From positions 660,001 through 692,000 of the forward strand of contig OY969425.1 of assembly GCA_963699255.1 (NCBI GenBank): a stretch of 32,000 nucleotides of DNA. Reading direction: 5' to 3'. Below are positions 28,353 to 32,000 of this stretch, one piece after another; position 1 is the first letter of the stretch, and each line of letters starts with the position of its first letter. The stretch is from an uncultured bacterium (GTDB taxonomy: Bacteria > Margulisbacteria > WOR-1 > CAVSGV01). The translations under genes were made by a program, and so were the position numbers. The notes below the pieces were generated by a model. It made no database searches and had not been told where the DNA came from. It was given only the letters and a program-made list of their open reading frames with translations.

Positions 28353-29390
28353 ATGGGCATGGAAATAAGAAGAGTTCAGCGTTTTTTCAATAAGATAACC
28401 GCTGGCATGAATGCCGGAGTCCATAACGCTCGAGCCGACGCTTATTATAAACAAGGAAAATTGGATAATGCGATATTTGAGCGCAAAAAAGCCATAGAGT
28501 TCAAACCGAATCGTGTAGAGTTTCACGCCAACTTAGCTTCTCTTTATGAAGAATGTGGAAAATCATATGAAGCAATAGTTGAATACAATAAAACCTTGGG
28601 GGTTGACCCGAATTTTCCGAACGCTAACTACCAGTTAGGCCGTCTTTGTTGCCAGAAAGGAAGATTAACTGAGGCGATCCCGGCTCTCGAAAAAGACATT
28701 AAGAGCAATCCGGATCACGCGGAAGCTTACGCCTGTTTAGGTATCGTTTATGAACAACAGGGGCCATTATACATGGCAATATTTAATTACGAAAAAACCC
28801 TGGAGATCGACCCGAATTTTCCGAACATTAACTACCAGTTAGGCCGTCTTTGTTGCCATGAGGGAAGATTAACTGAGGCAATCCCGGCTCTCGAAAAAGA
28901 CATAGAGAGCAATCCGGATCACGCGGAAGCTTACACCTGTTTAGGTCTCGTTTATGGACAATTGGGGGAATTTGACGATGCAATATCAAAGCTCAAAAAA
29001 GCGATAGAGCTTAAGCCGGATCTTGCAAGACCCCACTTTAATTTAGGTTGTATATATTATCAAAAGGGGGAATTGTATAAGGCCGAGCTTGAATTTACAA
29101 TAGCCATCCAAATTGACCCTGATTATTATGAGCCTCCTCTCCAAGTCTCAGGTGCCGGACATTTTGATTATGCATACCGTATAAATAATTACCACACGCA
29201 TCTAACGGAAGATATCATTGCTTCTAAATTTGGAACGGAAAACGCCATGACGATCGAGCCGAGTCATGTAAATAAACATCGCAATCCGCGAAATGTTTCT
29301 GCCGAAGTGTCACTTATTTTAAAAAGAAGAGCGGGTTTAACGGCAAACGGCTCACAGATCGTTCATCGATCCAGTGCGGTAACCGCCTAG
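28353..29390 (+). CDS. Tetratricopeptide repeat protein
   Basis: Multiple 34-aa TPR units (e.g. AEAYACLGIVYEQQGPLYMAIFNYEKTLEIDPNF; ARPHFNLGCIYYQKGELYKAELEFTIAIQIDPDY). Confidence 0.9.
   Translation: MGMEIRRVQRFFNKITAGMNAGVHNARADAYYKQGKLDNAIFERKKAIEFKPNRVEFHANLASLYEECGKSYEAIVEYNKTLGVDPNFPNANYQLGRLCCQKGRLTEAIPALEKDIKSNPDHAEAYACLGIVYEQQGPLYMAIFNYEKTLEIDPNFPNINYQLGRLCCHEGRLTEAIPALEKDIESNPDHAEAYTCLGLVYGQLGEFDDAISKLKKAIELKPDLARPHFNLGCIYYQKGELYKAELEFTIAIQIDPDYYEPPLQVSGAGHFDYAYRINNYHTHLTEDIIASKFGTENAMTIEPSHVNKHRNPRNVSAEVSLILKRRAGLTANGSQIVHRSSAVTA
28605..28990 (+). repeat. 204-bp near-identical tandem DNA repeat inside the TPR gene
   Basis: GACCCGAATTTTCCGAAC...AACTACCAGTTAGGCCGTCTTTGTTGCC begins at 28605 and again at 28809 (204 bp = 68 aa = two TPRs). 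Confidence 0.85.
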
Positions 29391-30161
29391 GTCGATGGTC
29401 ACGAATTTGTAGCCCAGATCCCTGAACTTCCTGTCTATCCTGTCCGCTATCCCGTCCTCGACAAGCGACGGCAGATCGCTCTTGTCCACTTCTATCCTGG
29501 CAAGATTCCCGTGATGGCGGACCCTTACCTGCGTCAAACCCAGGCTTCTCAGGAATTTCTCGCCTCTATCGATCCTTTTCAATATCTCCTTCGTTATCCT
29601 TGTTCCGCAAGGTATCCTAGACGCCAGGCATGCAAGCTGGGGTTTGTTCCAGGTGGGGAGTTTGAGTTCCTTTGAAAGTTTCCTGATGTCCTCTTTGGTG
29701 AAACCGGCTTCCCTCAACGGGCTTCTTATTCCATGTTTTTTTGACGCGTTCTCTCCCGGCCTGAAATCGGACAGATCGCTCACGTTAGAGCCGTCAGCGA
29801 TGTATTTTATGCCTTCTTTCTTGGCGACCGCGCGGAGTTGCGAAAAAAGCTCATCCTTGCAGTAGTAGCAGCGCTCGGGCGGGTTTGAAAGGAACCTTTC
29901 ATCATTGAATTCTTTTGTGCGGATAAGCTTATGTCTAATCCCGAGATTCCTGGCGAATTTTACGGCTGCCCTGCCCTCGACTTGCGGATACGTTTCAGAC
30001 CCGGCGATGACGGCCAGCACCCTGCCGCCCAGAACATCATGAGCCACCTTCAGGAGGAGGCTTGAGTCAACGCCGCCGGAAAATGCAACAAGGAGACTCC
30101 CGTATTTCCCGAGAATCTCCTTGAGCTTATCGTATTTCGATCGAATTACCGAGAAGGACAC
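29352..30161 (-). CDS. larE: LarE-type ATP-dependent sacrificial sulfur transferase / PP-loop protein
   Basis: LLVAFSGGVDSSLLLKVAHDVLG, NPPERCYYCKDELFSQL, IADGSNVSDLSDFRPG, KPQLACLASRIPCGTRIT. GTG start; shares bases with the upstream gene stop. Confidence 0.88.
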   Translation of the reverse strand: MSFSVIRSKYDKLKEILGKYGSLLVAFSGGVDSSLLLKVAHDVLGGRVLAVIAGSETYPQVEGRAAVKFARNLGIRHKLIRTKEFNDERFLSNPPERCYYCKDELFSQLRAVAKKEGIKYIADGSNVSDLSDFRPGENASKKHGIRSPLREAGFTKEDIRKLSKELKLPTWNKPQLACLASRIPCGTRITKEILKRIDRGEKFLRSLGLTQVRVRHHGNLARIEVDKSDLPSLVEDGIADRIDRKFRDLGYKFVTIDLGGYRTGSMNDL

Positions 30162-30682
30162 TATTTGCCCTTTTTCTTCGCTTTTACTGTCTGAGCAGGA
30201 GCTTTTATTACCGCTGCGTTGCGTTGATTTTGCATCTGCTGCATTCGGTTCATCGCCCTTGTCTTACGGTCAGCGTTGATCTGCTGCATCTTCGTTTTCT
30301 GATCCGCCGTTAATACGTTACTCGCATCCTTTGCCGCAGAAAGCCTGTTCAGTATTATCTGAGGCCTGACATTTTCAAGGTCGCGGACCTTTGATGCGAC
30401 CTGATCATAATCAGGATTATCCGCCCTCACAAGATCCCTTATTGACTTTGTCAGGTCGTCCCTTTGCTTAATAAGATCGGCATTTTGCTTTTTCAGATTG
30501 TCCCTGATGCTGTTCAATTTTACGACCTGATCGTTCGTCAGGCCGAGCTGGTCCTTTACCGAGACATATCTGGCAGTGTTATCGGTAGCTATAGCCACCG
30601 AATCGTCAACCATGTCCTGAGCGAACGAGGCAAACCCCAATAGCAACAACATGCAAACAGATAAAACCATGTATCTTTTCAT
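30161..30682 (-). CDS. Exported Spy/CpxP-like (LTXXQ-type) protein
   Basis: Signal peptide MKRYMVLSVCMLLLLGFASFA; LGLTNDQVVKLNSIRDNLKKQNADLIKQRDDL...ADQKTKMQQINADRKTRAMNRMQQMQNQ. Confidence 0.6.
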   Translation of the reverse strand: MKRYMVLSVCMLLLLGFASFAQDMVDDSVAIATDNTARYVSVKDQLGLTNDQVVKLNSIRDNLKKQNADLIKQRDDLTKSIRDLVRADNPDYDQVASKVRDLENVRPQIILNRLSAAKDASNVLTADQKTKMQQINADRKTRAMNRMQQMQNQRNAAVIKAPAQTVKAKKKGK

Positions 30683-30840
30683 TTTTTCACCTCCTCGTTC
30701 TTTATATATTTTTCGGGATTCCTGTCAAATTCCTTCTTGCATGTGGCCGAGCAGAAAAAATAATTCCTGCCCTTGTAAAAGGTCTTCTGCGTCACTTTTT
30801 TCTCGTCCACATCCATTCCGCAAACGGGATCTTTGGCCAT
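30679..30840 (-). CDS. YHS-domain protein (53 aa)
   Basis: MAKDPVCGMDVDEKKVTQKTFYKGRNYFFCSATCKKEFDRNPEKYIKNEEVKK*; stop overlaps next start (ATGA). Missed by the ORF track due to size. Confidence 0.88.
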   Translation of the reverse strand: MAKDPVCGMDVDEKKVTQKTFYKGRNYFFCSATCKKEFDRNPEKYIKNEEVKK

Positions 30841-30852
30841 AAATAAAACCTC

Positions 30853-31176
30853 TTATTTGCTTTTTTTTATCATGCCCTTATGCATCATTCCCTTCTCTTT
30901 CATCATATCCTGCATCATTGAAGGGTTCTTTTCCATTTTCTCCATCATCATTTCGCATTTCGCGCATTTCTCTCCCATCATGCCCCTGCCCATCATTCCA
31001 TAATGTCCTCTTCCCGTTGCCCCTAATACAAGGACCATTACGGCAATAAGCGCGACAAGAACGGCTATTATCTGGCCCGCGAGCTTCATGTTCCCGGATT
31101 CTTTATTTGCGAGGGCAAGCACTATGTATGCAAAAGCGAGGATGAATATCACTAATGTGATCATTCCATATATCAT
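30853..31176 (-). CDS. Small membrane protein with Met/Cys/His-rich C-terminus (likely metal-binding)
   Basis: Two hydrophobic segments then GRGHYGMMGRGMMGEKCAKCEMMMEKMEKNPSMMQDMMKEKGMMHKGM. Confidence 0.7.
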   Translation of the reverse strand: MIYGMITLVIFILAFAYIVLALANKESGNMKLAGQIIAVLVALIAVMVLVLGATGRGHYGMMGRGMMGEKCAKCEMMMEKMEKNPSMMQDMMKEKGMMHKGMIKKSK

Positions 31177-31178
31177 TC

Positions 31179-32000
31179 TTATTCACCTCCCCTTACAGAA
31201 AACTTATACCTTCTCATTAAAAGCGCATTGGCAACGACCGAAACAGAGCTGAATGCCATTGCGGTGCCAGCAATTATAGGATTAAGCAGGAATCCTGTAA
31301 AGGGGTAAAGTAATCCGGCCGCGACGGGGATGCCTACGATGTTATAAATGAACGCCCAGAACAATCCCTGCTTTATCTTTCTCATGGTGTAACCGGAGAG
31401 GTCTATGGCCATCGCCACGTCCCTTAGATCCCCTTTTATCAGGACTATATCGGCCGATTCTATCGCCACGTCGGTCCCGGAACCTATTGCTATACCCACA
31501 TCGGACTGCGCGAGCGCGGGAGCGTCATTTATCCCGTCGCCCACCATTGCGACGATGTTCCCTTCGCTCTGAAGTTTTTTTATCCGGTCTGATTTATCGG
31601 CGGGAAGGACATCGGAGATGATCCCGTCCGCGCCGACCAGCCTGCCGATCGCCTGCGCCGTCCTGGAATTATCGCCCGTGATCATCATCACCTTCTTGCC
31701 TGTCCTGTGAAGCATTTCAACTGCCGGTATCGAGCTTTCCTTCAAGGTATCGGCGACCGCGATAAGTCCGGCGGCTTTCCCGTTCACGGAGACGATCATC
31801 GTCGTCTTGCCCTGGTCTTCGAGTTCCTCCAGCTTTAAAGAAATAGAGGAGATATCGATATTCCTCTCCGACATCAGCTTCCTGTTGCCGAGAAGCACCC
31901 GTTCACCCCGTAAACTGATCTCAACGCCCTTCCCGGAGATCGAATTGAACGATTCAGGGTCGGGAACATCTATATTGAGAGATCTTGCCCTGCTCATGAT
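31179..32000 (-). CDS. copA: Heavy-metal (probable copper) translocating P-type ATPase, N-terminal part beyond window edge
   Basis: KVMMITGDNSRTAQAIGRLVG, VAMVGDGINDAPALAQSDVGIAIGSGTDVAIESADIVLI, YNIVGIPVAAGLLYPFTGFLLNPIIAGTAMAFSSVSVVANALLMRR. Confidence 0.9.
   Translation of the reverse strand: MMSRARSLNIDVPDPESFNSISGKGVEISLRGERVLLGNRKLMSERNIDISSISLKLEELEDQGKTTMIVSVNGKAAGLIAVADTLKESSIPAVEMLHRTGKKVMMITGDNSRTAQAIGRLVGADGIISDVLPADKSDRIKKLQSEGNIVAMVGDGINDAPALAQSDVGIAIGSGTDVAIESADIVLIKGDLRDVAMAIDLSGYTMRKIKQGLFWAFIYNIVGIPVAAGLLYPFTGFLLNPIIAGTAMAFSSVSVVANALLMRRYKFSVRGGE

Noticed and set aside
28605-28990. Possible CRISPR or minisatellite array
   Set aside because: The repeat is in frame, 204 bp long and encodes two TPR units; no spacers.

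Overview
This is a mostly housekeeping bacterial contig, with gene order and repeats resembling an uncultured Omnitrophota-like lineage (taxonomy is inference). The core content is prfB (partial), an S8 protease with a FlgD-Ig-like tail, secA, hpf, comF, an AlbA_2/Schlafen-type protein, a tpiA-fba-PPi-dependent pfp glycolysis cluster, a GNAT acetyltransferase, cyclophilin, YVTN repeat protein, two tandem type IV pilin/pseudopilin-like genes, a ligA/truB/nrnA/rbfA/infB/nusA operon, a TPR protein, and a tight copA/Met-rich membrane protein/YHS/Spy-CpxP-like/larE operon. No rRNA, tRNA, CRISPR array or recognisable transposase was seen. The most interesting non-housekeeping content is: (1) a ~510 bp element (16849-17358) in which a four-helix-bundle/23S-IVP-family gene lies between long imperfect inverted repeats, truncates an ORF6N gene, and has two short cargo-less relatives nearby; (2) a short palindromic repeat family (GGAACC...GGTTCC) located inside the translated N-terminus of the S8 protease and again just after pfp; (3) a stand-alone divergent CheD-like protein retaining the Thr/Cys/His spacing; (4) a ligA 3'-end remnant between the duplicated pilins, recording a tandem duplication; (5) a promoter plus intrinsic-terminator-like hairpin in the nusA leader; and (6) several further long imperfect inverted repeats in intergenic gaps. 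All calls come from reading the sequence and ORF track; no database search was run.
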